Source: an uncultured Elusimicrobia bacterium
GTDB taxonomy: Bacteria; Elusimicrobiota; Elusimicrobia; UBA1565; UBA9628
Assembly: GCA_964358065.1 (NCBI GenBank)
Contig: CAYHNV010000002.1
Coordinates: forward strand, 1 to 54,760
DNA: 54,760 nucleotides
Direction: 5' to 3'
Of this stretch, positions 41,412 to 49,452 are shown piece after piece; the stretch's first letter is position 1; each line of letters begins with the position of its first letter. The translations under genes were made by a program, and so were the position numbers. Under the pieces are notes generated by a model that had not been told where the DNA came from, made no database searches, and worked only from the letters and a program-made list of their open reading frames with translations.

Positions 41412-43070
41412 ATGACACACTCTTGCGCCGTGCGCCCCTCATGGACGATCCGTCTTCTGGCGGCGGCCCTCCTTCTGGGCGGGCTGCGCGACCCCCGCCT
41501 GGCCGCGCTCGGCGAGGCGGCGGTCTTCGCGCTGGTCTGGCTCGAGCGTCCGCCGCTGGGCCCGGCCGGGCCGTGGCTGCCGTGGCTGGGCTGGGCCTTC
41601 CTGTCGGCGCTGCTGAGCCCGCAGCCTTTGGCGGCGCTCCCGTTCCTGGCGCGGTGGTCCGCGGTCCTGGCGTTCGCCTCCGTCGCCGCGGTCTGGGGGA
41701 AAAGGGAGCGCGAGAACTGGCTCAAGACGGTCCTGGCGGCGACCGTGGTCCTGGCGGCGGCCGCGCTTTGGACGGGAGCCCCGCTTGGATTTCGCGCGGG
41801 CATGACGGGATTGATCCCGCCGTACTACAACTACACGACCTTCGCGGTGGCGGCGGGCGCGGCGGCGGGCGCGGTCTGGGCCCTCCATCCCGCAACGACG
41901 CGTCCGGGGCTTCGTCTGGCGGGTCTGGGCGTGGCGGTCCTCGGCGCGGCGTGCCTGGTCTTGGCGCACGCACGCGGGGCGACCCTCGGCTTGATTTTTG
42001 CCGCGATCGTCTGGGCGGCTCGGCGCTGGGGGGCGAAGGCGGGCTTGGCCGCGCTCTTCGCGGCGGGCCTGGCCGCCGGCGCCTTCCAAGCGCGGCTGGT
42101 CCCGGACTCCTGGCGCGCAGCGGTCCTTCGTCACGGCGGCCGCTACAAAGAGGGCCGGCTGGGGATCTGGCGTCGCGCGACGGAGATGGCCGACGGCAAG
42201 AAGTGGCTCGGCGAGGGACCTGGAAATTTCGGCGCGGCATTCCGCCTTCATCCGGTCGAGGCGTTCGGGGGCGCTGCGCGCTGGGGGCTGGACACCGACT
42301 ACGCGCACTCGGAAGCGCTTCAGGCGGCGGCCGAGACGGGTTGGGCGGGACTGGCGCTTTGGCTGATCGGCCTGGGCGCGTCGCTCTGTGTTCTGTTGGG
42401 CCGGGCGCGCGATGAGCCGGCGCGCGAGGCGGCGGCGATCGCGCTTGCGGCCATGGCGGTTCATCTTGCGGTCGACAACATGTTGCAGCTTCCCGGCCTG
42501 GCCTTCCTGTTCTTCTCGGCGGCGGCCGTGGCGGGCGCGGGTTCCTGCGTCGGGCCGCGTTGGCCGCGGGCGGTCGTCGCCGCGGGCGCTTTGCTGGCGC
42601 TGGGGGCCTGGATCCCGCGCGCGCTGGCGGACGGCGATCCGGCCCGCGCGGCGGCGTTGTTTCCCCGGCAATCCCATGCGCGGGAGGATTTGGCGTACCG
42701 GGCCATGGCCGCGGGAAGGCTGGCCGAGTCCGACGCCCACTGGGCTCAGGCCGAACGCCTGGCCCCTTACGACGCCGTTTATCCGTGGCGCCGGGCTCAG
42801 ATCGCGGCGGCGCAGGGTCGGTGGGACGCGGTGGAAAGCCTGTCCGCCCGCGCGGCTGTTCTCGAGCCCGGCTTTCTGAACGATCGCGTCCTGCGCGCCG
42901 AGGCCCTGGATCGTCTCGGGCGTTCCGCGCAGGCGCGCGAGGAGCTCGGGGCGGTTCTGCGCGCGTCCAGCGAACGCGGGGAGGTTCCCGCCAGTCCCGG
43001 TTACGAGAAGGCGGTGTGGGACTTCGACCGCGGGGAGTACGACCGGGTCTCCGTCCTCGTCGGCAGATAG
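41412..43070 (+). CDS. Wzy_C (O-antigen ligase / O-oligosaccharyltransferase-like) membrane protein fused to C-terminal TPR repeats
   Basis: ATG at 41412. About 10 TM helices and TDYAHSEALQAAAETGWAGLALWL. C-terminal TPR-like AxxAxxxxP repeats. Confidence 0.7.
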   Translation: MTHSCAVRPSWTIRLLAAALLLGGLRDPRLAALGEAAVFALVWLERPPLGPAGPWLPWLGWAFLSALLSPQPLAALPFLARWSAVLAFASVAAVWGKRERENWLKTVLAATVVLAAAALWTGAPLGFRAGMTGLIPPYYNYTTFAVAAGAAAGAVWALHPATTRPGLRLAGLGVAVLGAACLVLAHARGATLGLIFAAIVWAARRWGAKAGLAALFAAGLAAGAFQARLVPDSWRAAVLRHGGRYKEGRLGIWRRATEMADGKKWLGEGPGNFGAAFRLHPVEAFGGAARWGLDTDYAHSEALQAAAETGWAGLALWLIGLGASLCVLLGRARDEPAREAAAIALAAMAVHLAVDNMLQLPGLAFLFFSAAAVAGAGSCVGPRWPRAVVAAGALLALGAWIPRALADGDPARAAALFPRQSHAREDLAYRAMAAGRLAESDAHWAQAERLAPYDAVYPWRRAQIAAAQGRWDAVESLSARAAVLEPGFLNDRVLRAEALDRLGRSAQAREELGAVLRASSERGEVPASPGYEKAVWDFDRGEYDRVSVLVGR

Positions 43071-43074
43071 TATA

Positions 43075-44286
43075 ATGGGGCCGATGGAGATCCGCGATTT
43101 TCTGGTGGTGGGCGGCGGGGTCGTCGGGCTGTCGCTCGCGCGGGAGCTCAAGCGCCGCCGGCCCGAGGCGTCGGTCGTCCTGCTGGACAAGGAAGACGGC
43201 CCCGCCCGGCACGCGAGCGGGCGTAACAGCGGGGTCCTGCACGCGGGCTTCTACTACACGGCCGACAGCCTGAAGGCGCGATTTACGCGCGCGGGCAACC
43301 TGGCCTGGACCGAGTACTGCCGACAGCGTGGTTTGCCCCTGCGCGCCTGCGGCAAGCTGGTGGTGGCGTCATGTCCGGAGGACCTTTCGGTCTTGGACGA
43401 ACTCCTCAAGCGCGGGCGTGCCAACGGGGTGCCGGTCGAGATGGTCGACGAGAAGGCGGCGCGCGCGATCGAGCCGCGGGCCAAGACGTTCGGGCGCGCG
43501 CTGTTCTCCCCATCCACCTCGGTCGTCGATCCCGCGGCCTGCATGGCCGCCTTGGCGAAGGATGCCGCGAGCGAGGGAGTGGACATCCGTTGGGGCACGG
43601 CTTATGTGGGCCGTACGGGACGGCGCGTCATGACTTCTCGCGGCGAGATTTCGGCAGGTTTCGTGGTCAATGCGGCGGGGCTCTATGCCGACCGGGTGGC
43701 GCGAGACTTCGGCTTCTCGCAGCGTTACCGCATCCTGCCCTTCAAGGGGCTCTATCTCTACTCCGATGAGCCCATGGGGGCCTTTCGAGCTCACATCTAT
43801 CCGGTGCCCGATATCCGCAACCCGTTTCTGGGGGTCCACTTGACGGTGACGGTGGACGGGCATGTGAAGATCGGACCAACCGCGATTCCCGCGTTATGGC
43901 GGGAGAATTACGGGGGACTGGACGGCTTCTCCGCCTTGGAGATGGCCGAGATCGCCTTGCGCCAGGCGGGGCTTCTGCTTGGCGCGGGCTTCGACTTCCG
44001 GCGCCTGGCCTGGGAGGCAATCCGGAAGAACTCGCGCCGGGTGATGACGGGTCTGGCGGCGATCCTTGCCGATGGGGTGAAGGAGTCGGATTATCGCCGC
44101 TGGGGCAAGCCCGGCATCCGCGCCCAGCTCGTCGACATTAAGACGCGCAAGCTGGTCATGGACTTCCTGCTGGAGGGCGACGCCGATTGCCTGCATGTGC
44201 TCAATGCGGTCTCGCCGGGGTTCACCTGCGCGATGCCCTTCGCGGCGCACGTCGTCGACCGGATCGAGGCCGATCTGGTCGACTGA
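43075..44286 (+). CDS. lhgO: FAD-dependent L-2-hydroxyglutarate oxidase-like oxidoreductase
   Basis: FLVVGGGVVGLSLA and HASGRNSGVLHAGFYY. Confidence 0.7.
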   Translation: MGPMEIRDFLVVGGGVVGLSLARELKRRRPEASVVLLDKEDGPARHASGRNSGVLHAGFYYTADSLKARFTRAGNLAWTEYCRQRGLPLRACGKLVVASCPEDLSVLDELLKRGRANGVPVEMVDEKAARAIEPRAKTFGRALFSPSTSVVDPAACMAALAKDAASEGVDIRWGTAYVGRTGRRVMTSRGEISAGFVVNAAGLYADRVARDFGFSQRYRILPFKGLYLYSDEPMGAFRAHIYPVPDIRNPFLGVHLTVTVDGHVKIGPTAIPALWRENYGGLDGFSALEMAEIALRQAGLLLGAGFDFRRLAWEAIRKNSRRVMTGLAAILADGVKESDYRRWGKPGIRAQLVDIKTRKLVMDFLLEGDADCLHVLNAVSPGFTCAMPFAAHVVDRIEADLVD

Positions 44287-44301
44287 GAGGCGGGTGGGCC
44301 T

Positions 44302-44997
44302 TTAGGGAATGAGCCGGGCCGTCTTGATCGAGTCCAGCTTGGGGAAGGTCTTGGCGTAGGCGTTGCCCTCCATCTGGAAGCGGCCCTGATCGACGGTCGA
44401 GTCGCCGTAGCCATTGTAGAGTTCCGGGATGACCGCCGCGCCTTCGACGACCTTGCCGAAGGCCGAGAAGCCCTGGCCGTCGAGGAAGGAGTTGTCGCCG
44501 ATGCTGAAGAAGATCTGCGTCGTGCGGGTGTTCGGGCCGCCCATGGCGAAGCAGACGGTGCCGGGCTTGTTGGGCAGGACGGGCTTGTCGTCCGGGATGG
44601 CGGCCCCGCGCCACCTCGCGCTCACGTTCGGGTCGCCATGGATGCCGACCTGGGCCATGAAGCCATTGATGACGCGGAAGAAGGCGACGTCATCGTAGTA
44701 GCCGATCTTGACCAGGTTGTAGAAGCGGTCGGCCCCGTTCGGGGACCAGTCCCGATGGACCTCGACGACCATGTCGCCCTTGGTGGTGACGAACTTCGCT
44801 TTGAACACGTCCGGCGCCTTCTCCACGGCCTTCTCGGGCGAGAGGAGGGCGGGATTGGCCATCGCGGTCCGGACGGCGGCCACGGCCGACGCGGAGGTCG
44901 GGACTTCCGAGGACGCGGCCGGGGCGGACTTCTTGTCGCACGCGGCGGCGCCGAGGACGGCGAGGACGGCGAGGGAGGTGAAAAGGCGGTTGATCAT
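44302..44997 (-). CDS. cyclophilin-type peptidyl-prolyl isomerase, lipoprotein
   Basis: Lipobox LGAAAC, then FFRVINGFMAQVG, and TTQIFFSIGDN. Confidence 0.85.
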   Translation of the reverse strand: MINRLFTSLAVLAVLGAAACDKKSAPAASSEVPTSASAVAAVRTAMANPALLSPEKAVEKAPDVFKAKFVTTKGDMVVEVHRDWSPNGADRFYNLVKIGYYDDVAFFRVINGFMAQVGIHGDPNVSARWRGAAIPDDKPVLPNKPGTVCFAMGGPNTRTTQIFFSIGDNSFLDGQGFSAFGKVVEGAAVIPELYNGYGDSTVDQGRFQMEGNAYAKTFPKLDSIKTARLIP

Positions 44998-45037
44998 GGC
45001 GGGAGTCTAACAGATTGCCCGCGCGCCGGGGAAGGGG

Positions 45038-45066
45038 TTGACAGAGCTAAATAGGTCCGCTACACT
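45038..45066 (+). promoter_or_regulatory. sigma70-like promoter candidate, TTGACA-17 nt-TACACT
   Basis: Read directly from the sequence. It lies 44 nt upstream of the kinase ATG (45110), in a 112-bp divergent intergenic region. Confidence 0.45.
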
Positions 45067-45109
45067 GAGCCGCGTCTGAGCATAATGACAAGCGCCGTGC
45101 TATTTAATA

Positions 45110-47830
45110 ATGAAGAATAAAAAAGGGCTCGTGGTCGACGCGGTGGTGGGGTTCGCGCTGACCCTGCTCGTCGCCGGCAGCTACCTGACCGGCGAGTCCT
45201 TCCTGGCGGGCATCGAGTTTAAGGCCTACGACCTGCGTTCCAAGCTTCGGCAGACCCTCAAGTCACCAGAAGAGATCGTGCTTGTCGCCATCGATGACGA
45301 GTCGATCGCCCAGTTGGGCCGCTGGCCCTGGCCGCGTACGCGCCTGGCCGCGGTTGTCGACCGGATCGCGGCGGCCGGGCCCAAGACGATCGGGCTCAAC
45401 GTGCTCTTCTCCGAGCCCGAGCAGAGTTCCGGCCTCATCGAGGTTAAGCGCCTTGAAGACAAATACAGGGAACTGCTGGCCGGTCGGAAGGTCTCGCAGA
45501 GGGGGGTTGATTTCTCGCTCGAGTTCGCGTCCTCCACGATTGCTCTTGACTCGGATTCCAAGCTGCTCGCCTCGATGCAGTCTGCGGGCAGCGTCGTGCT
45601 GCCCCTCTTCTTCACGGCGAACACGACCCGTGCCAAGGTTGCGGCGGCGCCGAGCGAGGTTTCCAGCGCCGCCGTGCACCATCCGGTCCCCGCCGACGCC
45701 TACGTCATCGTCCAGGAGAAGATGATCCCGCCGCTGTCGTCCTTCGCGGGGGCGGTCGCGGGCCTGGGCCACTCGAACCTTTTTACGGAGAGCGACGGTG
45801 TCTTCCGTCGCGACGCTCCGCTGGTGCAGTACGACGGCGTGCTCTATCCTTCTTACGCCCTGCGCCTGGTGATGGCCTATCAGGGCCTTTCGCCGGCGGA
45901 AGTGAAGTTCGTCCCCGGCGTGGAGCTCTCGGCGGGCCGCCTGCGCATCCCGCTCGATGGCGACAGCATGATGGCCGTGACCTTCCTGGGGCCGCCGGGC
46001 GACACGATCAAGCGCGCTTCCTTCCGGGACGTCCTCGCCGGGTCCGTCTCTCCCGACTTCTTCAAGGAGAAGATCGTCCTGATCGGGCCGACCGCTCTCG
46101 GCGTGGGGAGCAACTCCATGACTCCCGTGGCGGGGGACTTCCCCGCCGTGGAGGTCGTGGCGCATACGGTGGAGAATATGCTCCACCAGCACTTCCTCAC
46201 GCGTCCGGCTTGGGCGCAGAAGCTGGAATGGGGGATGATCGCGGTTCTGGGCTTGTTCATCATGATCGTGCTGCCGCGCCTGCGGGCTTTTGGGGGGTTG
46301 GTCGTCAGCCTGATGCTGGGCGTTGCGGTGCTCGGCGCCGGCACCTACTTCTTCGCGGTCGGGCAGTGGATCAAGATCGGCTATCCGTTGGTTCTGCTTG
46401 TCGTCGGCTATCTGGTGGTCGTTTCCATGAGCTTCCTGGTCGCGGAGAAGGGCAAGGAACTCGTGGAGGCGTCCCAGATCGAGACGAATAAGATGCTGGG
46501 CCTGTCCTTTCAGGGCCAGGGCATGCTCGACCTGGCTTTCGAGAAGTTCCGGCTCTGCCCGCTCGACGATAATCTGAAGGATACGCTCTATAACCTGGCC
46601 CTGGACTTCGAGCGCAAGCGTCAGTTCTCCAAGGCCGCGGCCGTTTTCGACCACATCGCCGCCAAGGACCCGAAATACAAAGACATCGCCGCGAAGACGA
46701 AGATGCTCAAGGCGGCGGCCGACGGTGCAGTGTTCGGCGGCGTGGGCGGCGGCAAGAAGGACGGCACGGTGATGATTGCGGGCGGTTCGACGAAGCCGAC
46801 GCTGGGCCGCTACGAGATTGAGAAAGAGCTGGGCCGGGGAGCCATGGGGGTGGTTTACCTTGGCCGTGATCCCAAGATCAATCGCATGGTCGCCATCAAG
46901 ACCATGATGCTGGAGGACGGCAACGACGGCACCGTCAAGGACGTTAAGGAGCGCTTCTTTCGCGAGGCCGAGTCCGCCGGCACCTTGAACCACCCCAACA
47001 TCGTGCGCATCTTCGACGCGGGTGAGGAGAACGAGGTCGCCTACATCGCCATGGAACTTTTGGATGGTCACGACCTGGTCAGGTACGGGACCAGGGAGGG
47101 CCTGCTTCCGCTCACGAAGACGCTCGATTATGTGGCCACCGTCGCCGACGCCCTCGACTATGCCCATGCGCAAGGCGTCGTCCACCGCGACATCAAGCCG
47201 GCCAATATCATGCTTCTCAAGGACGGTTCGATCCGCGTGGCCGACTTCGGCATCGCGCGCATCACGGCCTCATCCAAAACCGCGACCGGCACCGTGATGG
47301 GCACGCCGTCCTATATGAGCCCCGAGCAGGTGGCGGGCAAGAAGGGGGACGGCCGCTCCGATCTCTTCTCCCTCTCAGTGGCCCTTTTCGAGCTGATCTC
47401 GGGAGAGAAGCCCTTCAAAGGCGGGGAGGGTCTCGGCACTCTTCTCTTCCAGATCGCCAATGACCCCCACCCGGCCATCACGACGGTCAAGGCGGGCCTG
47501 CCGGCGTCTCTGAAGGAGGTCTTGGATAAGGGGCTGGCTAAGAATCCCGATTTGCGCTTCCAGCGCGGCTCTGAGATGGGCGCCGCCCTGCGCGCGGTCC
47601 TGGCCGAGCTTAAGGGCGGCGTTGCTGCCCCCATCGCAGCACCCGCGCCGAAGCCGGAGAAGACCGTTTCCATCGGTCCTGAGATGACCATCCCCGGGCT
47701 CAACGACCCGCCGACGCTGAGCATCGAGCAGCCACAGCATGCCGGGGTCGGCCCCGCGGTGAACGTGCCGCCGCCGCAGAGTCCCGATGCCACGTTGCGT
47801 CTCGACCCACGCCCGAAGGAGCCGTTGTGA
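45110..47830 (+). CDS. CHASE2-sensor Ser/Thr protein kinase
   Basis: N-terminal TM helix plus a CHASE2-like extracytoplasmic domain (DDESIAQLGRWPWPR) and 3 TM helices. Kinase motifs are LGRGAMGVVY, VAIK, HRDIKPANIML, DFGIAR, GTPSYMSPE. The tail is Pro-rich. Confidence 0.85.
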   Translation: MKNKKGLVVDAVVGFALTLLVAGSYLTGESFLAGIEFKAYDLRSKLRQTLKSPEEIVLVAIDDESIAQLGRWPWPRTRLAAVVDRIAAAGPKTIGLNVLFSEPEQSSGLIEVKRLEDKYRELLAGRKVSQRGVDFSLEFASSTIALDSDSKLLASMQSAGSVVLPLFFTANTTRAKVAAAPSEVSSAAVHHPVPADAYVIVQEKMIPPLSSFAGAVAGLGHSNLFTESDGVFRRDAPLVQYDGVLYPSYALRLVMAYQGLSPAEVKFVPGVELSAGRLRIPLDGDSMMAVTFLGPPGDTIKRASFRDVLAGSVSPDFFKEKIVLIGPTALGVGSNSMTPVAGDFPAVEVVAHTVENMLHQHFLTRPAWAQKLEWGMIAVLGLFIMIVLPRLRAFGGLVVSLMLGVAVLGAGTYFFAVGQWIKIGYPLVLLVVGYLVVVSMSFLVAEKGKELVEASQIETNKMLGLSFQGQGMLDLAFEKFRLCPLDDNLKDTLYNLALDFERKRQFSKAAAVFDHIAAKDPKYKDIAAKTKMLKAAADGAVFGGVGGGKKDGTVMIAGGSTKPTLGRYEIEKELGRGAMGVVYLGRDPKINRMVAIKTMMLEDGNDGTVKDVKERFFREAESAGTLNHPNIVRIFDAGEENEVAYIAMELLDGHDLVRYGTREGLLPLTKTLDYVATVADALDYAHAQGVVHRDIKPANIMLLKDGSIRVADFGIARITASSKTATGTVMGTPSYMSPEQVAGKKGDGRSDLFSLSVALFELISGEKPFKGGEGLGTLLFQIANDPHPAITTVKAGLPASLKEVLDKGLAKNPDLRFQRGSEMGAALRAVLAELKGGVAAPIAAPAPKPEKTVSIGPEMTIPGLNDPPTLSIEQPQHAGVGPAVNVPPPQSPDATLRLDPRPKEPL

Positions 47831-48669
47831 GGACTCAGGAAGGCATCGAGGTGATCGGCGCGACGGATCCGGGCTGCGTGCGCAAGAACAACGAGGACGA
47901 TTTCGCGGTGGACGCGGAGCTCGGCCTGCTCGTGGTGGCGGATGGCATGGGCGGCCATAACTCCGGCGAGGTCGCCAGCGGCCTGGCGACCAACACGATC
48001 CTGGACTTCGCCCGCAAGATGCTGGGCGGGCGCAAGAGCCTGGTCCCCGCGGGCGGTTCGCCGGAACTCACGGCGCGCGCTCGCCAGCTGGAGTACTTCA
48101 TCAAGACCGCCAACATCTTGATCTACGAGAAAGGCCGCGCCTTTCCGAAGGACGCGGGGATGGGGACCACGGTGGTCGCGGTCCTGCTCGACGCCAAGTC
48201 CATGACGGTCGCCCATGTCGGCGACAGCCGCCTTTATCTTTGGCGTGGAGGGGAGCTTACACAGCTCACGGCCGACCATTCCCTGGTCGGAGAAATGGTC
48301 CGTCGCGGGCAGATGTCTCTGGGGGAGGCGGCGCGCTCTCCTCAACAGAACATCCTGACGCGCGCGCTGGGGGCCGAGGGTGATGTCGGGGTGGACGTGG
48401 CCGAGCATCCGCTCCTGCCGGGCGACCTGATCCTGCTGGCCACCGACGGCCTCTCGAAGATGCTCGATGACGCCGAGGTCGCGCGCACGATCGCCTCCGA
48501 GAGCCAGCTTCGCAAGCTGGTCGATGCTCTCATCAGCAAGGCGCGCGCAGCCGGAGGGGCGGATAATATCACCGTCGTCGTCGCCCGAATATCCGCGGGC
48601 TCGTCGGGCGGAGTCAAGAGCTTCGTTTCGCGCCTGCTTGGGCGGAGGGGACTCGTGAGGAGAACGTGA
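47827..48669 (+). CDS. PP2C-family Ser/Thr phosphatase
   Basis: GTGA overlap with the kinase stop. VADGMGGHNSGEVAS, LLATDGLS, GGADNITVVV. Confidence 0.85.
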   Translation: MRTQEGIEVIGATDPGCVRKNNEDDFAVDAELGLLVVADGMGGHNSGEVASGLATNTILDFARKMLGGRKSLVPAGGSPELTARARQLEYFIKTANILIYEKGRAFPKDAGMGTTVVAVLLDAKSMTVAHVGDSRLYLWRGGELTQLTADHSLVGEMVRRGQMSLGEAARSPQQNILTRALGAEGDVGVDVAEHPLLPGDLILLATDGLSKMLDDAEVARTIASESQLRKLVDALISKARAAGGADNITVVVARISAGSSGGVKSFVSRLLGRRGLVRRT

Positions 48670-49385
48670 TGCCGAAGCTTTTGCTGAAGTTCAATGCCGC
48701 GGTGATCAAGGAGATTGCTTTCGACAAGGATTCCATCAGCGTCGGCCGAAAGCCCGACAACGACATCCCCATCGATAACCCGGCAGTCTCCGGACACCAC
48801 TGCAGGATCTCCCGTCAGGGCGGGACCTATTTCGTCGAAGACCTGGAATCCACCAACGGCACTTTCGTCAATGAGAAGCGCATCAAGAAGTCTGGGCTGC
48901 ACCACAATGATGTGGTCGGCATCGCCAAGCACTCCTTGGTCTTCGTGTCGGACGCCCCGCGGCCGGTCGCCGTCCCGGCGCCGGAGCCGTCAAGCGACGC
49001 GACGATGATGCTTGCTCCGCAGAAGCAGGCCGAACTGCTCGCGGCCTCGGCCGATTGCGCCAAGCAGGTCGGCCAAGCCGGCTGGCTGCGCGTGCTGACC
49101 GGCGTCATCGCCGCTTCCGAGTACGAGTTGAAGGGAATGTCCACCTACATCGGCAAGTCCGACCGGGTCCAGATCCCGATCAAGGGCTCGGGTCTCTTCG
49201 GTTCGGCCCCCGAGGTGGCCGCCTCCGTGCATCGCAAGCCGGAAGGCTTCGTGTTGGTGGCCGTGACCGACGGCTATCCCCTTCTTAACGGCAAAAAGGT
49301 CTCCGGTCCCAGCCTGCTCAATAATGGAGACCTCATCGAGTGCGGTTCGACGACCTTCCAGTTTGAACTCCGCGATTCAGCCTGA
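48666..49385 (+). CDS. FHA-domain protein (canonical N-terminal FHA plus degenerate C-terminal FHA-like half)
   Basis: ISVGRKPDNDIPI..VSGHHCRI..STNGTFVNEKRI. The second half is TYIGKSDRVQIPI...LLNGKKV...GDLIECGSTTFQFE. Confidence 0.8.
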   Translation: MMPKLLLKFNAAVIKEIAFDKDSISVGRKPDNDIPIDNPAVSGHHCRISRQGGTYFVEDLESTNGTFVNEKRIKKSGLHHNDVVGIAKHSLVFVSDAPRPVAVPAPEPSSDATMMLAPQKQAELLAASADCAKQVGQAGWLRVLTGVIAASEYELKGMSTYIGKSDRVQIPIKGSGLFGSAPEVAASVHRKPEGFVLVAVTDGYPLLNGKKVSGPSLLNNGDLIECGSTTFQFELRDSA

Positions 49386-49416
49386 CGCGGCCTCCCGATT
49401 GTTTGACCTAAATCAA

Positions 49417-49446
49417 TTGTATCCGGATGGCCTGCGGGGGTAGAAT
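49417..49446 (+). promoter_or_regulatory. weak promoter candidate, TTGTAT-18 nt-TAGAAT, immediately upstream of korA
   Basis: Read directly from the sequence. The -10 element ends 6 nt before the korA ATG (49453), which would imply a near-leaderless transcript. Confidence 0.3.
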
Positions 49447-49452
49447 AGGCGG

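Noticed and set aside
41439-43242. Two antisense ORFs of 500-580 aa (41439..43190 and 41722..43242) opposite the Wzy_C-TPR gene
   Set aside because: They are extremely Arg/Pro-rich and low in complexity. The sense-strand protein has coherent TM helices and a Wzy_C motif.
44302-44997. Two cyclophilin lipoproteins in one window (also 4857..5432) as a possible duplicated system
   Set aside because: The two are divergent in sequence, 40 kb apart and in unrelated contexts. They look like ordinary periplasmic folding factors.
45085-45120. 11-codon upstream ORF (MTSAVLFNNEE) overlapping the kinase start codon
   Set aside because: It has no Shine-Dalgarno sequence and I cannot assess conservation. 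Short ORFs of this size are expected by chance in an AT-rich leader.
45263-47185. 640-aa ORF antisense to the CHASE2 kinase gene
   Set aside because: It has no motifs, while the sense strand carries the complete Hanks kinase signature set. It is a GC-rich antisense artefact.
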